Assembly (NCBI GenBank): GCA_965649825.1
Contig: OZ287695.1
Location: 973,081 to 1,037,080 of the forward strand
Length of the DNA stretch: 64,000 bases
Direction: 5' to 3'
Origin: Penicillus capitatus
Lineage: Eukaryota > Plantae > Chlorophyta
The notes under the pieces were generated by a model. That model did not search any database and had not been told where the DNA came from. It saw nothing but the letters and a program-made list of their open reading frames with translations. Positions within the stretch are counted from its first letter, which is position 1; the number at the start of each line of letters is the position of its first letter. Made by a program: the position numbers and the translations under genes. Below are positions 1-10,664 of this stretch, one piece after another.

Positions 1-1089
1 AAGACCGACAATCCTCTTGTAATTATCCTGAGTTCTTGGTGCTATCTCTGAGCGTTCATTGCCATCGTCGTCGCGTCGTTTCGACTCGTGTTTTGTTTCT
101 CGTTGTGCAGAAGATTCCCAACAAAAATACATCAGTCTAGTCCAGAAACCGCCGATATACCGAATTTCATCTAGTTGTTTATTGTTCGTCCATATATGCC
201 TGACGTTTCGAACGACAAAAGAATCGTGGTCATCCTATTTTCCACGTTTCTTCATCCACAGCGCGTCTCTCGAAATCGCACTGGAGACCTCATAGAGGCA
301 GGCCCATCTTGTCAGAGGTGGCGAGCACTTGATTTCCGAAAAGAGGCGCGACGAGGCGTTTAAAAGGGAAGAGAGACAGGCGTCGATGTGTTTGTTTCCT
401 TGCTCCAAAAATCTTTGAAGCTCACGATTGGTTGGCTAACCATAGATGTCAAACTTCCGGATCTGCACGTGAGGCGGTTTAATGAAGTCCGATCAATTTA
501 GGTGCGATGTCCTTTTAAGCACAGTTGATTCTTCTTTAACGAAACCACTTTGGAACAAATGCGTTTAATGTGATGTAATGTCGAGATACATTCTTTTGCA
601 AAGATGTCTAGAGATTAGAATGCAGCTTAGAATGAAATGATTACCAAGTCCAACCGAATGGTAGTTCAAACTTCACTGTAAACAAACAGCGAAACCTTGA
701 TGGACTCTGGGCAGATGCCACTCACTCATTCCCACAACAAAGGTGAGTAATGTAACGTTGATACGAAATGTCACTGATAGAAAGAGTGAGATTGTCACTA
801 TTGTCATCAGAAAGCAGAGGATGTTTGAACGTCACAGATGTTTTAGTTACGGTCTCAGAATTTTTTAGGCAATGCATTGAATTCGTCAATCATCATTTGA
901 TAACTGAGCCACGGCCATAGTGACCTCTCTCATCTTGTACAGGAAAGCAATCAATCGACGGTGTCTCCATTTAGACTTTTTCAGAAGTGTTTCTTTCAAA
1001 ACATTAAGTGTTGTAAGTTCAGCTAAAGGTCGGATAGACAGTTATGCAGATGATATGTTTTGCAGCCGAGGACTCCATTTGACGACCCC

Positions 1090-4018
1090 TCATGGTCGCA
1101 AGAGTCTCCTAAGAGAAGGTCCTTCTGAGTTAGCGCAATCAGGGTCAGCATAAAGACAGATAACGTCAAATGGCGTTTCTCTGCTGTTGTTGGTTACCGT
1201 CTTTGAAGCTCCGGCATTCACCAGAACCTATATGAAATGCACCGTGAACATTAACATGCTACCTCTGACTCGCCTTTGTTGTCTTTGACCGACCGTACAT
1301 CGCGGCTTTGTGAAGTGGAGTTTGTCCAGATTCATCGACCGCATCGACATCGGCCCCTGCGTCTAGCAGCAGCTACAACCAACAACTACGTGGACAAGAA
1401 CAGAAGGAGATTGGAGTGCACCTGTACAACTTCGGGGCTTCCATTGAAGCCGGCGGCTTCATGAAGTGGAGTTTCTCCATATTTATCGACCGCATCGACA
1501 TCGGCCTCTGCGTCTAGCAGCAGCTACAACCAGCGACAACGTGGACATAAGAACTAAGGCAAATCGACATGCACCTGTACAACTTCGGGGTTTTCATTGA
1601 AGCCGGCGGCTCTATGAAGTGGAGTTTGTCCAGATTCATCGACCGCATCGACATCGGCCCCTGCGTCTAGCAGCAGCTACAACCAGCAACAACGTGAACA
1701 AGAACAGAAGGAGATTGGAGTGCACCTGTACAACTTCGGGGCTTCCATTGAAGCCGGCGGCTCTATGAAGTGGAGTTTGTCCAGATTCATCGACCGCATC
1801 GACATCGGCCCCTGCGTCTAGCAGCAGCTACAACCAGCAACAACGTGAACAAGAACAGAAGGAGATTGGAGTGCACCTGTACAACTTCGGGGCTTCCATT
1901 GAAGCCGGCGGCTCTATGAAGTGGAGTTTGTCCAGATTCATCGACCGCATCGACATCGGCCCCTGCGTCTAGCAGCAGCTACAACCAACAACTACGTGAA
2001 CAAGAACAGAAGGAGATTGGAGTGCACCTGTACAACTTCGGGGCTTCCATTGAAGCCGGCGGCTCTATGAAGTGGAGTTTCTCCATATTTATCGACCGCA
2101 TCGACATCGGCCCCTGCGTCTAGCAGCAGCTACAACCAGCAACAACGTGAACAAGAACAGAAGGAGATTGGAGTGCACCTGTACAACTTCGGGGTTTTCA
2201 TTGTAGTAGGCGGCGTGATGTAGTGGAGTTTGTCCAGATTCATCGACCGCATCGACATCGGCGTCGTGATCCAACAGAATCTGCGTATAACCGCCAATGC
2301 AGATGCATGACAACACATTGTGGATTTACCTTTGCCACCTTCGTGTGTCCGTTTCTTGCTGCCAAATGCAAAGGAGTCAGTTTATTGCTGTTGGGCTTGT
2401 CGACACTTGCGCCGTCTTCCAGAAGAACCTTCGATTGCAGGCACAAGGATTTAGTAGAAAGAGACGAAGTGTCTTGACTCTGTAATCCAGAATGTGCACA
2501 GAGGAGCTTACTACCTTAGTGCATTCTGACGCATCGTAAGCCGCCGACCAGTGCAACAAGGTGAAGTGTTTCCCTTTCTCATACCATGGCATTACGGCGG
2601 ATCCATAGACAGAATCTGGACCTAGTCCCTCTAGAAGAGCAGCTTTCAAAGTCAGGCTGTCATCATTTCTTGTGGAGTCATAGGTTTCCTAAAAAACCGT
2701 CTGTTCATTCGCAATGATTTTTGCTATCAATGCCACGTCAAGCAGTTCTGTCGGAGAAAGCCTCCTCAGCTGTTCGCGCCTCTCTCTTAGTTCCTTGTCA
2801 TTGGACTTCTCTGGCGGTTGACTAACTACAGGATTGTCTACCTATGAAGAACGTACATCATCTGATGAAGGTCACTCGACAGAATTCTGTCGATTTTTCC
2901 TATGTTCTGGCGGATCAGACACGAGGAGGAAATGGGGAGAACCGACCAGTCACCTTTGGATTTTCGTCAATTTTCTCACGAATCCAGTCCCAGAATGCAC
3001 CGATACTTGTGTAGATGGACGGTGATGCGTCATTGCAGTTCTCGAAACCCAGAGATGTTATGCCGACGATCAGGTCGAGTTCTGGATTCCCGGCTGCTGT
3101 GTTGCCTCTAAATCTGTTTGGAATCAACAGTGGACCGCCAGAATCACCTTTAGAAGAGAAGGCTTGGCAGAAAGTGCCGCTGACAAGCACTACACCTTTG
3201 CATGCGTTCTGGTTCCCGAATCCAGCACAAATCGAATGCTTCTTGACTGCATCTCCCATAAATCCTTTGCATTGGTCATGTTTCACATACACCAGTCTGT
3301 CTGCCATCTGTAGAGAGTTTGGATAGCCTCCAGTCTTGTCCAGTCCCCAACCCAGTGCGGTAAACAATTCACCGTCGGTGAACTGTCCTCCTTGAATATC
3401 TATCGATGGGAGTGTGATCTTTGCTTCTTTATTCAATCTGACGACAGCGATGTCGTATCCGTCATGGACATCGCCAGTCCAGGATTCGTGCCGGAAACTT
3501 GCCTCACCGCTGAATTCCTATTGAGTATTCCTTTCCGCGAGAAACATGTAAAACGTGAAGGAGTTACTTTGTCTGAGTAGCGCTCATCGAGCTTGTGAAT
3601 GCCACAGCGAACAAGTGGATTTCTGCCAAGGCTGTCCGTAGATGGGTCGACGCAATGTGCTGCTGTAACCACCCATTGTCGTCGAACAAGGAATCCGCCG
3701 CAGCGATGCAAACCATCCTGTCGTCTGGAGAGACTGCAAACGTAAGGGAACCGTCCTTTAGGTGCCTCTTTGCCCTGCGAAAAGAACAGGCGTCAAAACC
3801 TGAATAAATGCGCACCTTACAAACTCACGATGATAAGAGGACCGGTCGCCTTAGAGACCGGTGCATCTGAACCGTCAATACGCATATACGCATCGGAAAT
3901 GGCAACTGAGGGTAAAACTACCTTCTTTCTCTTGACATGCTGCCATGCGGAAGAACAGAAGAAGTATCAGAGAGAAGTGAAAGCCGAGACGGCAACGCGA
4001 AATACAGAAAAGCTTCAT
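1090..4018 (-). CDS. Secreted S1-family serine protease-ankyrin repeat fusion, copy C1 (multi-exon; 8 internal ANK exons plus N- and C-cap exons)
   Basis: ATG at 4018 begins a signal peptide (MKLFCISRCRLGFHFSLILLLFFRMAAC). Spliced exons give [24 protein letters not shown] and NACK|GDSGGPL (intact His/Asp/Ser triad). These are followed by FTLLHWSA, TPLHLAA and repeated LLLDAGADVDAVDxxGxTPLH exons, ending LRRLLRP-TGA at 1090. Confidence 0.88.
1311..2280 (-). repeat. Tandem array of about 151-bp units, each one 102-nt ankyrin exon plus a 49-51-nt intron
   Basis: The tgaagtggag/tgtagtggag motif recurs at 1311, 1462, 1615, 1766, 1917, 2068 and 2219 (spacing 151-153). The intron sequence gtgcactccaatctcc...ggttgtag is repeated together with the exon. 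Confidence 0.95.
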
Positions 4019-4035
4019 ACTGAAGACAAGAATGC

Positions 4036-4085
4036 GTTCTGCAGCAGTGGCGGGCGCTTAAGTAATGCGGGTGATTGATTCATTA
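4036..4085 (-). promoter_or_regulatory. Conserved element about 20-65 nt upstream of the protease-ANK start codon
   Basis: The plus-strand consensus ctgcagcagtggcgggcgcttaagtaatgcgggtaattgagc is retained upstream of all 8 paralogues (near 4040, 9091, 13146, 18222, 23708, 28200, 49471, 54027), even where sequence further upstream is unrelated. Function is inferred only from conservation and position. Confidence 0.5.
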
Positions 4086-4925
4086 AAGTGCTTTCCCTGT
4101 AGCCGTCCAATGACTGGTAGACGTCGCGAAGAGACGAAACGGTTCGTATCTCTCCTTTGTTGATCTGAATTTGCTGAGTATTGAGCTGATATGTGTAGGC
4201 GTTGTGCTTTTCATGATGTCTCTGCACACAAGATTCTCCCTGTGCCATCATATCAAATCCAGCAGTCTACGCGTTTAATGTTCTGATGGATAGTGAATAT
4301 AGAATTAGTGGCTGCAAAGATGTCAAGCGTACATGGCTGATCGATGCATCCAAGAACTCATGAACGTGCCAATGACTACATGCATTCTTGTCGAGTATAA
4401 CTCTGCAACATTGTTGTTGCAGTTTTCGTCGATTGAGGTTGAACCCTGAACCAAGACCTTCAACGACGCCAGTAGTACATTCTGGACATTAAGAGATCCT
4501 GTCGACAACAGTAGGTGTGGTTCTGATGTTCACATCTCGCCATCGACAGTGATGTCTTTTCCAGGTATGCTCAATCAGGCAGTATCCTACGATGGTGGAA
4601 ATCTCAGTTTGCAGAAAGATGGATTTCACGACCAGTGCACCAGAGAGAACCAAGATGGCCCTGTAGACCATGGAGAGAGAACAGAGCAGAGAAGAAGGAT
4701 GGAGAAGGCCAGCGTGGCTTAAGATCTCCACATCCTCTTCAGCATGTTGTCCTCCAGCTAATTTAACTCGGACATAAATTGTGAAGGCTATGCGAAACAT
4801 GGACTCATTTGAGTCGTTTCCATTAAGGGATCGTAGCACCCTGTCGTACTGAGGCCAGTTACGTCTACAGTCACTTCAGTTTAGTTCTCCGATTCCTTCC
4901 GGCGCCAGTCCCGTCGCTATTCGTT

Positions 4926-5255
4926 ATGAACAACGATAAGGAAGCATGGATTGTCATGCAGCCGCAGCCGTGCTCTTCTTTGGATGTCGTTTCGACGTTG
5001 GAAGTCCATTCGTCGTCGTCTTCGGCGGCGAAGCTCATAGAACTGGATCTTGCCGTGGTCGAAAAGAAGTTGAGCACGCAAGTGTGCGCTCAGTCACTGA
5101 GAGGATCCAGTTGCAAGCTGGAGTGTGGTGTCTTGAATGTAGATGATTCTGGACAATATGATCGTGGAGAAGTTGGATCAGGGGACGGAATGTCTGGATC
5201 ACTTCGATCCGCCTCAAGAGAACAAGACCTACCTATCGGCTCTGGAGACGTTTGA
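4926..5255 (+). pseudogene. Chimeric 109-aa ORF: SPY N-terminus fused in frame to a fragment of the unknown gene at 44.8-45.6 kb (pseudogene or young chimeric gene)
   Basis: The first ~34 codons (MNNDKEAWIVMQ...STLEVHSSSSSA) match SPY exon 1. From ~5030, KLIELDLAVVEKKLS...VDDSGQYD matches ELVELDPAIVKKKLS...VDDSRQDD at 45150 onward. Confidence 0.7.
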
Positions 5256-6137
5256 CAACACCAGTCGCCTTGTGGACGATCTGTTCTCGCGTTCTGAGAG
5301 AATTGCATCGTAAGATGCTGAGTTGTTGAGGATGATCGACGATTTGTGACAGACCTGGAACTATTGGAATTGTTCGTCGTTTTCTGGCGATCAAGATCGA
5401 AATTCGAATCTCGGTCTCCAGAATTTCTGATGCTTAAGAGCAATCGCTGACTGTTTGCCTGAGGGCAAATGTCAGAATCCCAGATTCGCTGTCGGAGAGC
5501 TTTCAAGAAATTCTATCGACCTGTTGTGTGCGATGTTCTTTCAAGCACAGTTGTTGTTCTTTGTCGATGACACCGCTTTTGGAACGAATGCACTTAGTGC
5601 CATGTAACGTCGAGATATATTCCTTTGCAATGATGCCTAGAGATTAGCATGCAACTTAAAACAAGTCACCAAATCCGACCAAATCGAAGTTCAGATTTCA
5701 CAGTAAAGAAACAGTGAAAGTATTCCTGAAGTCTAGATACATGTAACTCAATTCCACGACAAAAGCAAAGAATGCGAGCTCGATATGAAATGTTAGTTTT
5801 TTGCCTGACAGAAAGAGTGATAATGTCGCGCTATTGTCATCAAAAACCAAACGGTGTTGAAAAGCCACAGATGTTTCAGCTTTCTCCCAAGGTTTTCTCA
5901 GGCGTTGCACATGATTTGTCAACGATCAATTTTCTTAATAAACACAACCGACGGTCCTACTGATCTCTCTCCCTGGCACACTGGAAATTCATCGGTTAGG
6001 TTTTTCGTTCACCTGATCCGAATGTTTGACAAGTACTCGTCAGACAATGAAGGCATTGGAAGAAAAAACTCAGCAAAGAGGTTAGACAGTTGTCCCAGTG
6101 GAATGCTTAGTAAATAAGAATTTCGTTGAACATCCTC

Positions 6138-9075
6138 TCACGGACGCAGGAGTTTCTCGAGGGTGGTTTGCGTCCATTTAGAGCAGAGAACCCAATCTTC
6201 AGAGCAGATGACGTCAAAAGGCGTTTTTCCATCCTTGTTGGTTACTGTCGTCGATGCTCCGGCATTCACCAGAACCTGAAACGCATCTTCATGCATTGAT
6301 ATGCTACCCTTGACTCGCCTTTGCTAGCTTTAGCTGACCGTACATCGAGGCCAAGTGGAGTGGAGTGTTTTTATCTTTTCGGACTGCATTGATGTCGGCC
6401 CCTGCTTCAAATAACAGCTACAACCAACCACAATGTGGACAAGAAAACAGAATCAAATGGGCATGTACCTTTGCAACTTTAGGGTGACTATTGTATTCGG
6501 CGACCAAGTGAAGCGGCGTCCGTCCTTTATCATCAACGACATCAACTTTCGCTCCGTGCTTGAGCAGCACCTGAAAAACGATTGTTTCTGCTAATAAGGC
6601 AACGAAGCGAAGGTGCAACCGACCTTGAACACTTTAGCAGTATTAAAGAACGCAGCTGCATGCAGAACAGTATGTCCGCTGTCCGTGGCGCGGTTAACCT
6701 TCGCTCCGAGTTTAATGAGGGCCTGACAATCGACAGTTTCTGTCAATGTGAAAAGGGAGTGGATGCGTTATCGACCTCGACCACTTCGGCGTCTGACTGA
6801 CGCGCTGCCCTATGCAGAACAGTATATCCAACGTCGTCGACACGGTTGACGTCCGCTCCGTGCCTAATGAGGATCTGGCAGTCGACAGTTTCTGCAGATG
6901 AGGTAACAAAGCGAGTGTCTAGTTGACCTCGATGAATTTGGCATCTGCGTGTTCCGCTGCCAGAAGCAAAGGAGTGTCTTTATTGTAGTCGACCTTATTG
7001 ACGTCCGCTCCGTAATCAATGAGTACCTATCTAAGGCACTTGCCGAGAACGCGGGAGCACATCATGACTCGCCTGTGCAGTTCTCGAGCGTCCATTGGAA
7101 GCCGACATGTGTAAGGGTGTCGTTCCGCGGTAATTAGAGGCGTTCACTCCTGCGTTGTGATCCAGAAGAATCTGTGAACAAACGTCTGAGCAGGCACTTG
7201 AGATCACATTGTAAGTTCACCTTCGCCAGTCTTGCGCCGCCGTGCTCTGCTGCCAGATGCAGCGGTGTCACTCCATAGAAATCCCCGGCGTTCACTCCAG
7301 CGTTGTGATCCAGAAGAATCTGTGAACAAACATCTGAGCAGACGCCTGAAATCTTATGGTAGATTCACCTTCGCCAGTCTTGCGCCGCCGTGCTCCGCTG
7401 CAAGATGCAAAGGAGTCACTCCGTGTTCGTCGGGCTTGTTTACACTTGCTCCATATTCCAGAAGAACCTGAATTGCGAGCACAGCGATTGAATGCGCAGA
7501 AGCGAATCTTCTAGACTCTGTAATCCAGATAAGATCGGAGAAGCTTACTACCTCAGTGCATTCTGGCACATTGTGATACGCCGACCAGTGCAACAAAGTG
7601 AAGCGTTGCTCGACGACAAGTATTGTTGTTTGAACGAAGGACTTGTAAAAAGAATCTGGATTCAGTTCCTCAAGACAAGCGGCTTCCAATCTCAGTGCAT
7701 TGTCGTCCTCTATGGAGCGATATGCTTTCTACAGAACCGGCAGTCCGTTCACAATAATCTCTTCTCTATTGTCGATGCAACAACCTTGATCAGCTCTTTC
7801 CGAGATAGTCCCGCCAGCCGTTTGCGCTCCTCTTTGAGTTTCTGTTCTCTCGACTTCTTCCTTGTCGGATCGACAGTCTCAGGATCGTCTACCTATGAAA
7901 AATGTACATCATCTGATGAAGGTCGCTCGACAGAATTCTGCGATCTTTCTCCTGTTCCAAAGATCACACACGAGGAAGAAAATGCAGAACAGCTCACCTC
8001 TGGATCTTCATCGATTTTTTCTTGAATCCAGTCCCAGAATGCGCCGATACTTGTGTAGATGGTCGGCGACGGATCATTGTTGCAATCTTCGGACCCCATG
8101 GATGTTACGCCGACGATCAAGTCATGTGCTGGACTCCCGGCTGCTATACTGCCTCCAAATCTGTTAGGAATGAACAACGGCCCGCCAGAATCACCTTCAA
8201 CATGGAAAGGCTTGGCAGAGGGCAATGCTAACAGGTAAGACTATGTATGACCTTTGCATGTGTTGTCGTTTGCGAATCCAGCACAGACTGAGTGATTCTT
8301 CACGGCGTCTCCCAGAAAATCTTTGCAATAGTCGTTTTTCACATAAACGAGGTTCTCTGCTATCTGTAAAGAGTTTGGAGTCTTTCCAGTCTCGTTCACT
8401 CCCCAACCGAGTGCGGTGAAGAGTTTACCCGAGCGGAATTCGCTTTCCTGAACGTCTATCGACGGCAGCGTGACATTCGCTGCTTTGTTCAGTTTAACGA
8501 CGGCGATGTCGTATCCATCTTCCACGTTACCGGTCCAGGACTCAGGCCAGTGGCTTCCTTCTCCGCTGAATACCTGACAACTTCCATCTCGGCAGGAAAG
8601 CGAATAGCCGCAAACAGGTTACTTTGTCGGGGTCGCTCGAGTCGGGGTCGTATATCCCGCAACGAATGAGCGGATGCCTTCCGAGGCTGTTCAAGGACGG
8701 GTCGACGCAGTGTGCTGCGGTGACCACCCATTGTGGTCGAATGAGGAATCCTCCGCAGCGGCGGAATCCATCTTCGCGTCTGGAGAGACTGCAGATGTAC
8801 GGGAACCGTCCTTCAGGTGCTTCTTCGCCCTGTGAGAAGAACGGAGTTTAAATATGAGTTAATGCGCGCTGAACAAACTCACAATCATATAAGCAGTGAC
8901 TCGCGGCTTAAAGGCCGATGCTCCTGAACCGTTAAAGGACATATCCGCATCGGAAATGTCAACCCATGGTGGTCGCACCTCTTTTTTCTCGACATGCTGC
9001 GAGGCGGAGGTGCACGGAAAGCAACAGAGAGAAATAAAAGCTGAGATGGCAAAGCGAAACAGCAAAGAGCTTCAT
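6138..9075 (-). CDS. Secreted serine protease-ankyrin fusion, copy C2 (8 internal ANK exons)
   Basis: ATG 9075, signal peptide [28 protein letters not shown]. Motifs [17 protein letters not shown] and NTCK|GDSGGPL are present. ANK exons include [28 protein letters not shown] and VLLKHGAKVDVVDDKGRTPLHL. Ends LEKLLRP-TGA. Confidence 0.87.
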
Positions 9076-10664
9076 ACTATGGAATGTGTTCTGCAGCAGT
9101 GGCGGGCGTATAAGTAATGTGGTAATTGAGCCATTATCGTGCTGCTTCCCTGTAGCGTCCCAGTGACTACTACACGTTGCGAAGAGATGGAACCGTTGGT
9201 GCCTCTACAGTTTGATCTGGGCTTCCCAGGTATTCAGCTGGCATGCATTGCAGGATCAACGGCTACCCGCAATGTATACATGCACATCCTTCTCTACGTT
9301 GTCACTAGGCCAGATCAACTTTGGCATCGATATGCTCTTGGTGGATGACGGATATGAACCCAACGTCTGCAAAGATGCCGAGAACACACTGCTGCTCGAT
9401 GTACCCAGGAATTCTTAAACTCTTGAATGACAGCATATGCTCTTGGTGAAATGTGTTGCAGTTCCAGGCCGGATGAGATTGGACGTTGAACATGTACCTG
9501 CCAACGACGCCAGCAAGACATTCTGTGAATTTAGAGATCCTGTCGACAACAGTAGGTGTGAACCTGTCGTACACATCTCGCCATCGGCAGTGCATGTCTC
9601 CCCCTTCTCCTTCATCTATTCGTGAGTTGAAAAGAGCCTTCTTGCAGGAGAATCTGTCCTGGATCCATTCTTCAGGATGACAAGGATCTGGTGGTCTTGA
9701 GGCACGACGAAGGCCTCCCATCTGTGATGTCTCCCTCTAAAGGACACGTGGTAATTTTAGAATGTGTTTTGGCCAGACCGATTACGAGATCAAAGGGGAG
9801 CTTATGGATAACGGACTATGGGAGTTGGAATCTCACAATTGGATGCATGGACGCAAAATGCCTTTTGACAAGATAACGTCTGATAGGTCCATCTTCACTG
9901 GCGAGACGAACGCAGAAATATCGGAATCACTCACCTTTTTCTGTCAGTCGAGTCAGAGTTCCAGACTTCAGTCTTGGCATCTCAGACACAGTAGAACAGC
10001 TGGTGACTGTTTGGCTGGCCACAGATATCAGCAGTTCATATTCGCGGTGAGGATCAAAGAAAGCCAATTGGCCAGTGTGTGATGCCCTTTCCACAACACA
10101 GTCGACTCTGCGTTTAGGAAATCGTTTTTTGGAACAAATGCACTTAATGTAATGTAAGGTCAAGATACATTCCTCGGCAAAGATGTCTAGAAATTGGGAT
10201 GCGGCTCATAATAATCACCAAGTCTAATCGAATGAGAGACAAACTTCAACGTAAACAAACAGCGAAGGCCTTTGAACTCTGGATACACGCCACTAGCTCA
10301 TTCCCACAACAAAGGTGAGTAATGTAACGTTGATACGAAATGTCACTGATAGAAAGAGTGAGATTGTCACTATTGTCATCAGAAAGCAGAGGATGTTTGA
10401 ACGTCACAGATGTTTCAGTTACGGTCTCAGAATTTTTTTAGGCAATGCATTGAATTCGTCAATCATCATCATTCGATAACTGAGCCACGGCCATAGTGAC
10501 CTCTCTCATCTTGTACAGGAAAGCAATCAATCGACGGTGTCTCCATTTAGACTTTTTCAGAAGTGTTTCTTTCAAAACATTAAGTGTTGTAAGTTCAGCT
10601 AAAGGTCGGATAGACAGTTGTGCAGATGATATGTTTTGCATCCGAGGACTCCATTAGACGAACC

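Larger units (their letters stand above)
2301..8537. repeat. Copy A of a near-identical 6.2-kb duplication (copy B at 11408-17664)
   Basis: Matching ORFs occur at a constant offset of 9107-9127 (for example 2377/11484, 3770/12877, 7354/16477). By eye there are only scattered SNPs and small indels, with abrupt loss of identity at both ends. Confidence 0.95.

Noticed and set aside
1-380. Possible last exon of an upstream plus-strand gene
   Set aside because: The frames are short, carry no motifs and are truncated by the window edge, so a call cannot be supported.
1311-2280. CRISPR-like or satellite interpretation of the regular 151-bp repeat
   Set aside because: There is no repeat-spacer alternation. 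The units translate as ankyrin exons separated by GT-AG introns, in a eukaryotic context.
2690-2700. Conserved in-frame TAG just before the ankyrin N-cap in all copies (for example EQTVF*ETY, about 2690), suggesting programmed readthrough
   Set aside because: It is the 3' splice site of a ~48-56-nt intron (GAC|GTGGCA...TTTTAG|GAA), and splicing gives a clean in-frame join.
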